From Bigelowiella natans CCMP2755 (lineage: Eukaryota > Protista > Cercozoa): a stretch of 64,000 bases of DNA. The position numbers were made by a program, and so were the translations under genes. Numbering within the stretch: the stretch's first letter is position 1; the number at the start of each line of letters is the position of its first letter. Below, piece by piece: positions 13,452-26,450 of this stretch. The DNA is taken from contig ADNK01001197.1 of NCBI GenBank assembly GCA_000320545.1, positions 62,001-126,000 on the forward strand, read 5' to 3'. The notes under the pieces are model-generated. The model had not been told where the DNA came from and did not search any database. It was given only the letters and a program-made list of their open reading frames with translations.

Positions 13452-15170
13452 ATGGAGCCCTGGATTTGGGCAGCTGTTGCGGTTCTGGTGAGAAAACCTG
13501 TGAAGTGCACAATGCTTTTTCAGAATAGATCTTTTTATAATACCCTCTATCTTCTGGGTACAATAGTTGTGCTTCTTCTTCTTCTTCTTCTTCTTCTTCT
13601 TCTTCCAGGTGTCAATCACTGGGGTTCTCATCGGAAGCATAGGTTGCTTCACAATATCTTTGTATTTAGGCACATCAAGTGTTATAGTAACTCATATTTA
13701 GGAGTAGGGGGTGTCATTCTAGTTCCTGTAATGCTGGAACTCAACGTCAACGTAAAGACGGCCGTTGCTTCTTCGATGGCCTCTTACATTGCTGCAGGGG
13801 TGATTCAGTAACGTTGAGGGATGCGATTCCATCACTCCTCCAGTGCTCCTAATTGTCATTCCAACTCATTGTTGTTTTAGTTGGTTGGTACTATCTCCTA
13901 CTTGCGTATCAATTCTCTTGAAAAGAGCGCAGTGTGGTTTGGGCTCGGTAATAGAGACTGATATCAATTAACAAGAAGAAATATGACGAGAAGACGATGT
14001 CGAACGAATAGCCCTTTGCCACATAAAATAGAACAATGATGCACAACTTTGCCTTCCAATCCAATACCCTTCTTCCCCCCTTTCCTTCTTTCGTAGGAGC
14101 TACGCCAGGAGCCCTTGTGGGGTCGTACTGTATACATCGAATGCGCGACAGTGATCTCACGATCTGCACATACATTCTGATCTTTATTTCGGCACTTTTC
14201 ACGCTTGTACGGATGCTTCTGGATTACCACAGTAGCAACAGCGGAAATCAAGGACGGGGTCAGAAGGTTGGCGATCCTTGTAAAGGCGTTCCCCCCGCAC
14301 CTATGGCTCTGAAAGCGTACCGAGTAGACAATGGCAAGATGCCGTGCACCAGTAGCCCCGCGACAACTAAACCTCACCACGACTCAAAAGCTCAGCACAA
14401 AAACAATATCACGTCGAATACAGTCAACAAAAAAAGAAATTCCGCGTTAGAAGGCAACAGCATCATATCAACATCAGCACAGGATGAAGGAGCGGTAGAA
14501 GCAGCGGCATCAACAGGAATGTCGACCCAGCGAGTATCGTCGTTAATGCATTCAGAACCAACTGTGATAATAGAGGAAGCAGACTCTAAAAGCATGGTAA
14601 ATAATGGTTCTGATCTCCTCGGGGAAGGTGGCAAGGGCAACTCTTCCAGCTTTAACACCGTATTCACACAATGGAAACGGATTTTTATGGGCATCTTCGT
14701 TGGATTTGGATCTGCACTAACAGGAACCAGCGGTCCAGTGATCATACTTCCTATTCTATTCCTCACAGAAAACATGCCACCATTAACTGCACTCGGGATC
14801 GCTCAGTCAGTACAGGTGAATATGGAATATATTTGTCTTAACTTTTCCATGTCATAAGCTCCATATCTCATTTTTTGGTCGAAGTATTTTAGAGATGGAT
14901 TGGACGTGTGCGTGTATCGTTTTTGCCTATTTGTGATGCGAACAGATACCTATTGCCACATTCGCAACGATTGGAAACGTGGTTTTTGGGCAAAATACAC
15001 TCAATGTTTATTTGGCTCTACTTCTTGCCGGTGGGTTAGCGATTTTTGTTCCAGTAGGTTCCTACATAGCTCACATTGTCCCGCGCAATTTATTAAAAGC
15101 AATTGTTAATGTTGCATTGTTGATAGCAGCCTCATCACTTATTGTCAGAATAGCAATTAGGTCCTCCTAG
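13452..15170 (+). CDS. TauE/SafE-family (sulfite exporter-like) membrane transporter; multi-exon
   Basis: The spliced product contains GVLIGSIGVGGVILVP, AVASSMAS, GATPGALVGS, GIFVGFGSALTGTSGPVIILP and several TM segments with a central hydrophilic loop. Confidence 0.8.
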
Positions 15171-15872
15171 TCTTAGTCGATCAACGCCTTGGTGAATTGA
15201 GAAAATTTCATTGGTGTGAAATCAAAAAGAGATATATGCTGCTTGCCACGCAGAGGGTGAAACTTTGAGGTCATCGCCCTGCTTGCACCTAGCTTGTGCG
15301 CTGACTTGTACCTCTCGCAGCGGCGTTATGCGCGTGCATGGTGAGTGCAGAGTGCTAGAGTGCATCGTTGTCACGGCGCAGCTTACTATGACTTAGCCTG
15401 CAAAGATGTGATTAAGCCTCCTGCACTAGTGCAGTGTTTCTGCCCACTAGCCCACCCCCGTGCAGATATGTTCGATCATTGTACTCGGGCAGGAAATTAG
15501 CACTTCATAGCACGTAAGAGACTGAGCATGTTGATTTATAAACCAATACAACTAGACAACAGGCATCATGATAGCATTATCATGCACTCACTTTTTGTAC
15601 GATGAGTGGCGGATGAGTGATGCCACCAGAGCTGTGCAACTCAAATGACTTGGATGCCCACCTATAGCGCATGGACAGACATCACTAAAGATAAAATCAG
15701 CCTGCCCAGCATCATCGCTACCACATGGATGTGATCCATCGCAGGCGCTGCTATATCTAGATATATGACCTCATCATCTTCATCATGCATGAGTGCATAG
15801 CATCACACTCATCTCTAGATCTAGTCATCGTTGCATGCCATGCATGCTCATGTGTCCATGCAATATGTGCGT

Positions 15873-15873
<1 letters not shown>

Positions 15874-15954
<81 letters not shown>
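15874..15954. repeat. Compound (CA)n(TA)n microsatellite
   Basis: Read directly. Confidence 0.95.
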
Positions 15955-15957
<3 letters not shown>

Positions 15958-16097
15958 GTAGCAACGAGCATGTATTCTTGGGTGAATCCCACATTATGTG
16001 ATGGACATCATTAGGGTCAGGCACAGCTACTTCCACGTTAGTGCTTGCGCATTGAACGCCCACAAACGCCACACTTTGCTTGTGGATGAGAATTTCA

Positions 16098-16906
16098 TCA
16101 CAGCATATCATCGGGGGCTTGCACAAGTTCAAGCAGAACTCCACATCCACCAATAGGATACTTGTCGTTTCCTTTCGGATGGATGAAACACACATCGTGA
16201 CCAGAAGCCCCTTTTCGAATCCCGCCTGGTGTAAACCGAACACCTAGTACGTACAAAAAGAGCTCATAAACATTCATCCTAATAATAGGTACTTTCGAAC
16301 CTTTCTCTGTAAGATGTTCAACAGCAACTTTCAAATCGTCAACCCAAAGGCCGATGTGATTTAGAGCAGGGATGTGGACCTGAGCAATATTACAGTTCAC
16401 TGTGGCCAATTTGTATTTCCCCCCGACCAACCACCACCTTTGGACTTTTATCTGGGTTGAGAGGTTCCATCAAGTCAAGTTCTACAGCCTTAAATAAACC
16501 ACAAAACTCTACGTTATCTGATTTTCCCCAAAACAAACGATAAGATTCTCTTACCCAGCTGCCTTCTCCAAGCATCAATATATCTTCGGAAACATTCTCT
16601 TTTTCACTTGTGTAATCTCCAATTTTGGGAACGTTAAGAATGTTACCTGGATTAAATGAGTATATAAGGCGAACTTCAACATATCATTGGTTTGAACCGT
16701 GCAGGTCAGAATTTACCCCAAAGATTGGATAGCTCTGACTTGTTCAGAGAGCCAATGGCGACCTGCTGCAAGCCTAGAACCTTAAAGGGTGGATTCCCCT
16801 TGGAGGATGATGCGAATTTTCGTACGGATTGCCAGGATACCCTAGAAATCCAAGTCCTGGTTCCGGTTGTTGGAAGCAATCGCCTCATCTTCATTGCCAT
16901 CATCAT
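16098..16906 (-). CDS. VOC/glyoxalase-fold protein, methylmalonyl-CoA epimerase-like, with mitochondrial-type presequence; 5 exons
   Basis: [13 protein letters not shown]...ENVSED...VELDLMEP...[11 protein letters not shown]...[24 protein letters not shown]...GVLLELVQ. The N-terminus is Arg/Ser-rich and lacks acidic residues. Confidence 0.85.
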
Positions 16907-17340
16907 TATTATTCCGTAAAATTATCTATCAGCTGAGTGAACAATGATGATGATGATGATGATGATGGTGATGGTGATGATGGTGGTAGTGGTAGATGGT
17001 GATGATGATAGCAATACGGTGGTGGCAGGCAGCAGTGACAAAGTAGATAGAGCTATTCTTCCGCTACTAGATGCTCTTTCCCTACCCTATGACCTTGTAT
17101 TCAATTCTCGGAGGAAAGATCGGAAATATCTGTCGATAGCTGAGTTGAGATCTGGGCAGATTTTTGTTATAATATTTACTATGAAGTACTTCCTTGCAGA
17201 TAACAACGCACACAACAATGCATGGCACTTTCGGCAATTTTAAGTCGTTGAAGGACCGGTGCCCAAAAAACCCATTGATTTATTCTGTGCGACAATGTAA
17301 AAGATATGTCGTATGACGAAATACCATCTATATTTCCTTC

Positions 17341-18750
17341 TAGGCATCCGACGGACTCGTGCAACTGACTGCAGTGTGCTTGCATCAGGCATCTGCTTCG
17401 AATCACGGGTCATTGGCAGACAGATGTGGGTTGCATCGTTTCTAAAGAGCTAGTGGAAAAGAATTCCAGTCCGCAAGCGCTGGTGGCCAACAATGCCGGT
17501 TCACCACCAGCCCACATTTGCAAGGAATCTCAACAGAAGCTGGAAGTTGAGTGCGAGAAAAGAAGGCCGCCCGTGCAAATCCATCACTCTCAAGGTGCAT
17601 GGAAAGGGCGAGATGGTGGCCAAGTTTGGAATTGCTGGGGCCAGTCCCACGGCATCTGACCATGTTGCAATCTCAGAGAAGGGGTCTGATGCCTCCGATC
17701 ACGTGACATCGAACATTGGCATTGCCAGATGTTGGCATTGTGAAAAATGGCGGCAAGCTAGTGGCAAGACCAGAACTTTGAAAATGCAACAAATTGCTTT
17801 CTCGTGTTTGCCTACTTTGGTACTGACGACCTACTGCTGAACTGAATTTGTTAGAATGACATGGTGAAAATCACAGGCACATCACATGTCTTTTGTGAAA
17901 TCAATCTTTGTTGTTGAAAATGACGCCGGCAAAAATCCACAGTCAGAGCATCGCGCCATTGCCCACGATGTCGCACAAATTTTCGCCACTGTCAGCTAGC
18001 CGTGAACTTGCTTTTCTTTTTCCTTGCGTCCTCGATCATTTCCATCACATTGATGCCAACAACCCAGAACTCTGCTAGCTAGCTAGCTCGAGAGCCTTTT
18101 CGTTCAAATGAAGTCCATTGCAAACGAAATGCTGAAGGATTCTGCTGTCGACTGGAGGACAAGGAAAAACACTCGAGCTTTCTCCGCTTCTGATGCACCG
18201 AACAAAATCAGTTCAGCAACGTGTGCTTTGGCGACGGACTTTTTGCTGCTAATCGCAATGCGATGCAGTGTCTGACAGTTTGTTGCTCCACCAATGGCCG
18301 TGTGGTTTTTTGGACGACACACTGTGAGTTCCGCCTTTTGATCCCCAGCTTTCTTCTTGATGTGTTCTCAGCATTTGTCCATCTGGTCTTTCACGCCGTC
18401 CGAGAAAGTTTTCAAAGTCGAATGAACAGGAACTCGTGATTTGGCATGTGTTCTGCTCAATCATTGGCGCATCGCACGCTCAAATCCAGAAAGCATCACG
18501 CCATGTTTGAACATGGCAGCGCGCCGTGCTAGCGTGCCTCGAGAGCGCGGGCGCTCGAACCGCTAGACCGCATCGATCGGTCAGTTGCAAATTTCGAAAA
18601 AAAAAGATGATTTCAATGATGTGCATGACGCCTGTCCGCCACTATCGATCGTGCGATGCGCATTGCTAGATTGCCTAGTCGGGTTCGCATGCCCATACGC
18701 ACTCGTCTAAATGCACGTGCGCGTGTCATTATTGCAGAATGCACTAGTGC
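17341..18750. pseudogene. TpA-depleted block, probable decayed + strand gene or element relic
   Basis: Broken ORF fragments (17493..17840, 18221..18439) are rich in His/Cys and almost free of Tyr. TpA is nearly absent outside CTA/TAG. Confidence 0.45.
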
Positions 18751-19693
18751 ACACCAAGGCATGTGAATCTACAAAGTAAATACACAAACATGGATCAATG
18801 TCAATTGCAACACCGCTTGCTTATTCCCGAAAATTGCATCCAACATGGAATGATATGAACGTTGTAGACGCAGTCATAAGCAACTTCATTTGAACAACAA
18901 TGGAAATATCAGATGTGTCCACAAATAGATACTATATATATGTATATGTATATATATTTGCATGTAAAGTATGTATTAATGTTTAGTAATGAAAAATCTC
19001 GGTAAATGCACGTGCACCACTGTGCATGCACAATTCGAGAAATAATTACGCATAGTATAGACGAGCGTCGACTATCAACAGACTCTAGAATAAATATTTT
19101 ATTTTATTTTTAATTCAAATAACACATCCAACAATACCACACCGATGTATATGTGTAGATATATCCATCCCGTATTTGCTTTATAATAATCCATTAGATA
19201 AGAAACCAACGAGAAGAGTATTTAGAATCATTGGTTATCACATTCATGCGAGTGGGTGGTATATGTTAAGGACAGTAAAAGAACCAATGGATAATACCAG
19301 ATTATGATGGATCTTAAATATGAAAAGTGATACGTACAAACTTTGTCATCTTATTGTGCACTATGCATACAAAAACACAACATCACGCATTCTCACAATA
19401 ATAAAGCACACAGCTATAATTTTGGGTATGTGTGAGTGCGTGTGTTAAATAAATACTAAATTATTCGTTTTTGGGTAACTAAAGTTTATGATTTTCCCAT
19501 AATTTTTCCTTGAATGCTAAGTGTAAAATTCTTATTATCCGAATTTCATGTCTAAAGACAGGTTGTATCTGTATGAATATAATTTTTTGTGATGATCACA
19601 AACAATGGTGTGAGCACATCATTAGAATAACTTTTAAGTTAGGATAATCGAGAAAGATTCGTATTCCTAATCACTGCCGTAGTAGTAGTAATA

Positions 19694-19724
<31 letters not shown>

Positions 19725-20324
19725 CACATATGTGCGTGATTACGTGATGAAACTGTGCCCTAAGATTTGGCGGAATGGTTATGCATCTGTTTTTTACCAC
19801 TGAAAAACAATATCACCAATCCTTACTTTAAATAAAAAGAACGCTCCCGTGGAAAGATAACCGTGTGGTTTAATAAAATTTCGTGGGGAGAAAGAACAAC
19901 GGATCATGTAATAATTCGACAATATGTTTAAGATAAAATGAATACTGAGCACATCGATTCCTCTGTGGATAATACCATGGAGGGTGTCAATTAACTAGCA
20001 CTAAAATATCATATTTTCTATCGGAAAATCATTCAATAATATGATGTTTCGATACTGAGTAACAAATCGGATTTTCAGTCGAGTTTCCTCCACTGTTTTA
20101 CCGAAGTCAACTTAAACCTGCTCCAATTTGACATTTTCGTCCTCATTTGTCACATGAATCTTAGTATTCGATTCGCCGTAGCCCTCACCGTTTAGAATCT
20201 TGTTCATTTTTAATTCAGCTGGAATAGTATTTTCATCGGCTCCGGAATCAATTTTCACTTCCTGATTGATAACACCTTGGTCAGCATCTGTTGTTTGTGA
20301 AAAGAAGACGCAATATCAAATGTT

Positions 20325-22647
20325 CTAAAAAGCGTAACTACTACTCACTTCATGTGGTGCTAGTGAATCTGAAGGCAAAGGCCATGATGCTTTCCCACCG
20401 CCGCTCACTCTGTGAGAAGCACCATGAAAGTTTCGTTCCCATTCCTCATGAACATGCCAATACAACGCCATAAGAGCCCTTCCATCTTCGATTGGGTTCC
20501 GGACCGATGCACTTAGTCCAAGAACTTTTTCGATCAACTAAAACAACAACAACAACAACAACAGTTGGGATAAGAAACTCGAAGAAATGGACGACAGATA
20601 GATGGGATGAACAACCTCTGGCAATGACTTTATAGTCGGAGTATACATCCGCTGGGCGATGTTTCGGATCGAACGCGCAGGGATTGATAAATGCAATTCC
20701 TACAAAATAGAGGGAATGCATTACTACCAATGGATGACGACCAAACACAATTAATGACGAGATGAAAAGTGGTTTTACCATGAGGAAATATTCCATATCT
20801 AATGCTATCACAGTTCGGCCAACAAGCATCTTCTGCAGCAGGGATCTAGCAGCTGTTAGTGTGGTTGCTCGCTTCATATCTGCGGGAGAAACTCCACTCT
20901 CTTCTGTGTTGTAATCTGATATACAAAGTCATTGTGAACAACAAAAACAACGACAAAAACAACAGCAGCACAATCCTCTATTTCCGACGATATCATTATA
21001 ATTATCGATGGTGGTAGTACCTAGAATATCTCCTGGAGGGCGAATAATTTCGTCGAAAAGCACATGCCCGTACAAATTTACTACGACAATTCTACCAATT
21101 CGGAGTTCGCCGCGTTCAGAGCCATTGATTCCCACTTGTACCATGCCGCATGCGAGTGACACAAGTCGAGTCATCTTCGTACCACCGGTGTAAGCAGGTA
21201 AGCGAATTGTGTAAGCACTTTTCAGTACGTTCGTGCGTAAACGAGAGGATAAAGCAGATGTGAAAAGAGAGGATGGCCGGGATCCTGCATCAGGTGTTGC
21301 AGATGTATCTTTGCCTCGTGCCATTCCATTTGTATTCTTGTCGCCATTTTCGCGGTCTGTCCAGTGAGCGCCAAGCGGCGTCCCTGGGGCAGACACAACC
21401 CCGCTCCAACCAAGAGATCTTAGATTTGTTGATGAGTGTCTTGGATGCGTTGGCACTCTCTCCTGATAGCCAGCACTACCTGTTGCACGTAGAGAATTTG
21501 CAGCAACAGGAGTCGTATTTGCGAGGAGCCGTACGGCAGCCGAGGAGGGATGCCCACCGCGAAGCAGAAGTTCATGTTGTGAGTTAGGAGACCGGGTTTC
21601 ACCAGAAGGAGAAATTCCATTAGACCGTGTTTTCTTTGATCGGCGACGCCTTTGTGCCCTGCGTCCATAAGCAGAGGGACTATCGATTCCCATCAACGGA
21701 TCTCCAATCGCTCCCCCTCCAGGAGGACCAGGAATTCCCAACTGCACAGGCGATGCCAGAGAAGACGGAGGAGCTGGACTTTGATGATGGTTACTTGGAG
21801 CGGGGTTCGCCTGTAGATAGTTGGAGTTTGTATTCCTTCTTAGTGTGACATGTGGGTTGTAAGGATGGTCATTTCCCATAACGCATTTGTCTTGTTGCCC
21901 CTGCAAGAACTTCTTGAGACCTCCATATCGCTCCTTCAAAATCGAGGGTAATGCATGGTTATTAGCTTCCTTGTGCATCAAGGTTCCTAGTTTGGCAATA
22001 GCCATTCCGCCTGGGTATCTTCGGAGCACCGTACAGGCTAGCTCTACGATTTCTTCATGAGTCACAGCAGTATCTCCCCCGCGGCTTCCTCGACCTCCTC
22101 TCGATTTCCCATTGCCGGCTGCTGACTGCGTCTTTGCATGCTCCCCATCAGCATAGTAACCAGAGCCGTCATCTCGCGCACCATTGCCACGAACACGCTC
22201 AACAACTCGAGGGGAGGCGCTCGCTAACCATTTCTTATCGAGTAACTGTCGGATCATCCTCATCTCGTCCTAAAATAAAACCTATCAAACTTATATTTCT
22301 CAAAAATTTCACAAAAAAACATACCGCCATGTTGTCCACAATAGCTTTGTACTCTCTCACAGTACAGCGGAGTTCATGCAGTTCCATTTGCTGCTGCCTG
22401 CAAATTTTGTAGAGATTACATATTGGCGGCAAAACAAACCACACCACGTAGCATGATAAGAAACGTATGATCAGAAATTGCACGTAGATGCTATCAACCT
22501 GCAGTGCAAAGCATAGCCTTGTAGATTTTTATGAAGAAGATCTATTTCTGATCGCTCAGGGCCTCTTGCCACTCGGTCATTCGATCCATTTCGCGAGATC
22601 ATCTGATCAATGGAAGGCTTGCCATTCATTCCTTGAGTACCATTCAT
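20325..22647 (-). CDS. Protein with a LOTUS/OST-HTH-like winged helix and a C-terminal REX4/ISG20-like DEDDh exonuclease fold lacking catalytic residues; 3' end uncertain
   Basis: LVSLACGMVQVG...IGRIVVVNLYGHVLFDEIIRP...DYNTEESGV...LVGRTVIA...RNPIEDGRALMALY...EEWE follows the REX4 layout. IVELACTVLRRYPGGMAIAKLG...KERYGGLKKFL is wHTH-like. Confidence 0.7.
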
Positions 22648-23789
22648 CTTGAGCTAATTTTCCCTCGAGACCCCTTATTAAAATTTTAGATATTCCTCAC
22701 GGGTCTAGAGTTAGAGGACTAGGACCACCAAAGCTGCAACTGCGTGAAGCGTTAAGCAGAAGACAGATTCATCCAGCTCCGTCACTCTTCTGCTTCGCCG
22801 CTTAGAATTTGTGAGATGTATGTTTTGCACGTAGGATAGAAAAAGTATCGAAATTCATCATAATAAATTATGTTTGGTCATAGGATTCCCAGTCGTTAAC
22901 ATATAAACAGCGCCAGGGATTTGGTTCGAAACCACTCAATGTTTTAAAACTTCGCCAGTATTCCTAAACCTAGAACATTTCGAAGTTTTCTCTTAAGTGA
23001 GAGAGAAAAACATGTCGCTTCTTCCGATTGGATTTGTGCAGTTTGAACACTGCAAATTTATTTGTTGCAGTGTGCAATATCCCATTACGACTACGTAGAA
23101 ACCTGAAACTTTCTAAAAATAGTCTTTACATACTCGCACCGAATTTTTTTTTTCGCCAGTTCCTGCCTTTTCTTCTTGCTGTATTTCTTTATGCTGCAAT
23201 AATAATGTTCGAGTTGCCTGCGTCATGCAAAAGAATGGATAGAAGAATCAGATCAAATAGTTGGCACTCTTTTTCGAATCTTATATTTTTTAATGAGTTT
23301 CATTACAATGTTAGATTTAATTGTCTGATCAATAGCTGAAAAATATCGAATATCTCCAACGAAAATTAGTCAGTGAATTTACCAAAAGTCTTACTTAGCT
23401 TGTTCTTCTCATCGTGCTCCCAAGATGAGCGAAGAAATCAACAGACATTGCCCAAGGAGCGACAGGCTGGGATGGCAAAAGATTTGATTTTAATCTGCGA
23501 CATGAAACCATTGCGATTCTATGCTAAAATAAAGGATTTTTACCGAATCTCCGCTAGACTCACAGACAATTCGATTCGCAAAGTTAAGACCTTTTGAAAC
23601 TCCAAGTTAATCATTTAAGTAAATATTCAAGTCTTAATTACATGAACGACTTGTCCTCAAATCATTAAATTCAGTGTATGAAGATAAAGTTCTCCATTGC
23701 GGCCATTATGTTACATCTGAAAGTCTAGAGCGCAAGGCACACCTTGCTAAGTCAGCCTCCTGCCAGCGAAAACTAAACAGCAATTAACA

Positions 23790-26305
23790 ATGGACGGCTT
23801 CATAGCATCCGTGTAAGTTGTTAGTTGTTGGAAATATTGATACACGGCAAGCAAGTTTTATCTTAAAAAAAAACAAAATTCTTACATTACACCCTATACT
23901 ACGCCTTCTCGATCGAAGACATTCTACTGAATGTCCCCGTCAGAATGTGTTGAATCTCATGCTGTAGCATTGTGTCAATTAGTTCGACCATGGTCGACAA
24001 AGTGAGGGGAACTCCACTGGAGAGGAAGGTTAAGGAAGCTACCAGCAATGAGGCCTGGGGTTGCACAGGAGAAGTCAAGGACGATATTGCAAGAGCGACT
24101 TTTAACTAGTAACAAGAATCCTAAATTGAACGCTAAATGTAATGTGGATGCAATCTCAAGGGGTCTGTATTTTTTTTTAGTCAACAGTACAAGGAAGTAA
24201 TGGGGTGTCTTTGGACACGAATGGAGATGCCCTCAAAAAATTGGCGTGGTGTATACAAGGTCCTATTGATATGCTGTATGTCGTCATCAGTTACCCATCG
24301 AAACAATAAATCCCATCTCCTCTTATAGTTGGTATAATATCTTTTTTGTACGCACTCTGATGTGTTACTCAAATCCAGACACTGACGCTCCTAGAGTATC
24401 TTCTCAAAGCTGGTTCTCAAAGAGTAATTGAAGAAGCCAGGGAGAAAATGCACAGGCTCAGAAGTCTAGAGCATTTTACATACGATGACCCTAATGATGG
24501 ATCCGATAAAGGCTCAGGGGGTGAGTAGCTACACAAGGTTTGTTTCCGATATCTGATGGACCTTCTTTCAGTTCGAACCAAAGCAACCCAGATGATTAAG
24601 CTTCTCCGTAATGAGAAGTCATTGCATAAGATGCGGGACCAGTACAAGAAGAACAAGGTATCTAGGAATTGAATATTATTCACCCCCAAACTAATAGAGG
24701 ATATATTTAGTCCAAGTATTCTGGAATGTCAAGCGAAGGTGGCAGCTCGGATAGATATGGAGGATATGGTGGATACAGTGGGAAAAGTCATTTCGATGAC
24801 GATTATCGAAAAAAAAAGAAGTATTACGATGATGATGATGATGGAGATGAAGACGACGAGGAAGAGGAGCAAAAGTAAGAATATTTATTGAAGTTCCTTT
24901 TTAAAAGCTGACGAATAGACTCATAGGCGAAGGCGGCGTAGAAAGGCGAAGAAGAAAAAGAAGAAAGCAAAACGCTATGATGAGGATGAGGACGAAGATG
25001 AGGAAGCTGAAGAAGAAGCCCCTCGAAGACGGAAAAAGAAATCCACAAAGAAGTAAGCAGCTGACCTTGGAAATAATTTTCCCTCTTGATATAGAAACCA
25101 CCATGATCAGGGGCAAAAAAGGCAAGTCTAAGAAAGAAGGCAAACGTGTACGGAATAAGAAAGTTGAAGATGATTTCGAAGCCGATTTTGGTGAAGAAGG
25201 TACTTCCTCAAACGGAGCAACTGTTCAAATAATAACGGGCCCAACAGATTTCAACCCAAGAGGAGTAGCAGCGGCACTAGCAGCGGCACCAACACCAGCA
25301 CCAGGTCAAGTTGCTTCCATCCTGGGATTTGATTCCACACCTCAACCACAGCCCCAACCTGCAGCCTCAACAACTGTTGATGATGACGATTGGGGTAATT
25401 TTGACTCCGGCAATAATGCAGCAAAGGTACATTATTATTCTAAATATAACACAGTTAACTAAATAATTCGAGTCTGCTCTGTTAAATTTGGCAGAATCAG
25501 AATCAAGGATTCACTGCATTTCAGCCCGCACAGCCTCAGGCTCAACCTCAACCTCAACCTCTATTCCAACAAACAAATTTTCACCAGACCCAGCAACAGC
25601 CATCATTGCAGAGTTTTGGTGGATTCTCGGCATCTCCCGCCCCCGCCCCCGCCCCAGCTCCTGCTCCTGCTCCTGCTTCAGCTACGGCACCCGATATCTT
25701 CGCTCTTTCCGAAAACGTAGGTACGATCAACATCACTGGGAATAATAACTTCAGCGTGGAAGTAGAAGAGAAACCTAGCCAACCTCAATCTAAGACTGCA
25801 AAAGTGAACGAAAAACTTAAGGATGATCCTTTGTGGGGAAATGGTGAGTTGTTCTTTTCCCACAAGAAATATGACCTTGAAATGATGAAAATTTTCCTTC
25901 TCAGATCTCCTAAATTTCGGCGACGATCTGAAAAAAGAAGCCGTGAATCCCAAAACAAATAAACCAAAGGGACCAAGGGTCGCCATGTCCTCACTAAGAG
26001 CTAAGTCGCAATCAAATGGTGGATCGGCAATGCCGGGATTTTCTCCCCCAACTATGCCTACGCCTCAAATGCCAACTCACGGTGGTTATGGCCAACAAGG
26101 ATATGGAGCTTACCCCCAACAGCAACAGCAGCAGCAGATGCAACAGCAAATGTACCGACAACAGCAAATGTATCAACAGCAACAATGGCAACAACAGCAA
26201 GCTATGCAAGGCTTTAACCAGCAAGGAGGTTTCGGTTTGCAGCCACAGAATTATGGGCAGCAAGCTCAGAATCGTCCACAGAATACAATTGATGCCTTTT
26301 TTTAG
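23790..26305 (+). CDS. Epsin-related ENTH-domain clathrin adaptor (EpsinR/CLINT1-like); multi-exon
   Basis: Spliced ENTH: PLERKVKEATSNEAWG...IARATFNY...KNWRGVYKTLTLLEYLLKAGS...DKGSGVRTKA. It is followed by an acidic DDDWGNF motif, a P/Q-rich tail and a terminal DAFF. Confidence 0.9.
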
Positions 26306-26412
26306 GAGTCTAATAAGAACTCCTTATATGAAGTGTAACAATTACAATTCTTGATCGTGGACTCGTATCAGCATGCGAGTAGTGTGTCTATCGATTATTG
26401 TAACAACCTTGG

Positions 26413-26450
26413 GGTAATCATGGAGATGGCGGGTAATCATGGAGATGGCG
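26413..26450. repeat. Perfect 19-bp tandem duplication (GGTAATCATGGAGATGGCG)x2 in the ENTH gene 3' region
   Basis: Read directly from the sequence. Confidence 0.9.

Noticed and set aside
17341-18600. CpG methylation decay or classical RIP as the cause of TG/CA excess
   Set aside because: CpG remains frequent, and TpA is depleted rather than gained. C>T processes would not remove TpA.
18760-20250. AT-rich 1.5 kb stretch as a possible gene or RNA
   Set aside because: No ORF of 60 aa or more and no recognisable RNA structure. It may include a last exon or 3' UTR of the REX4-like gene.
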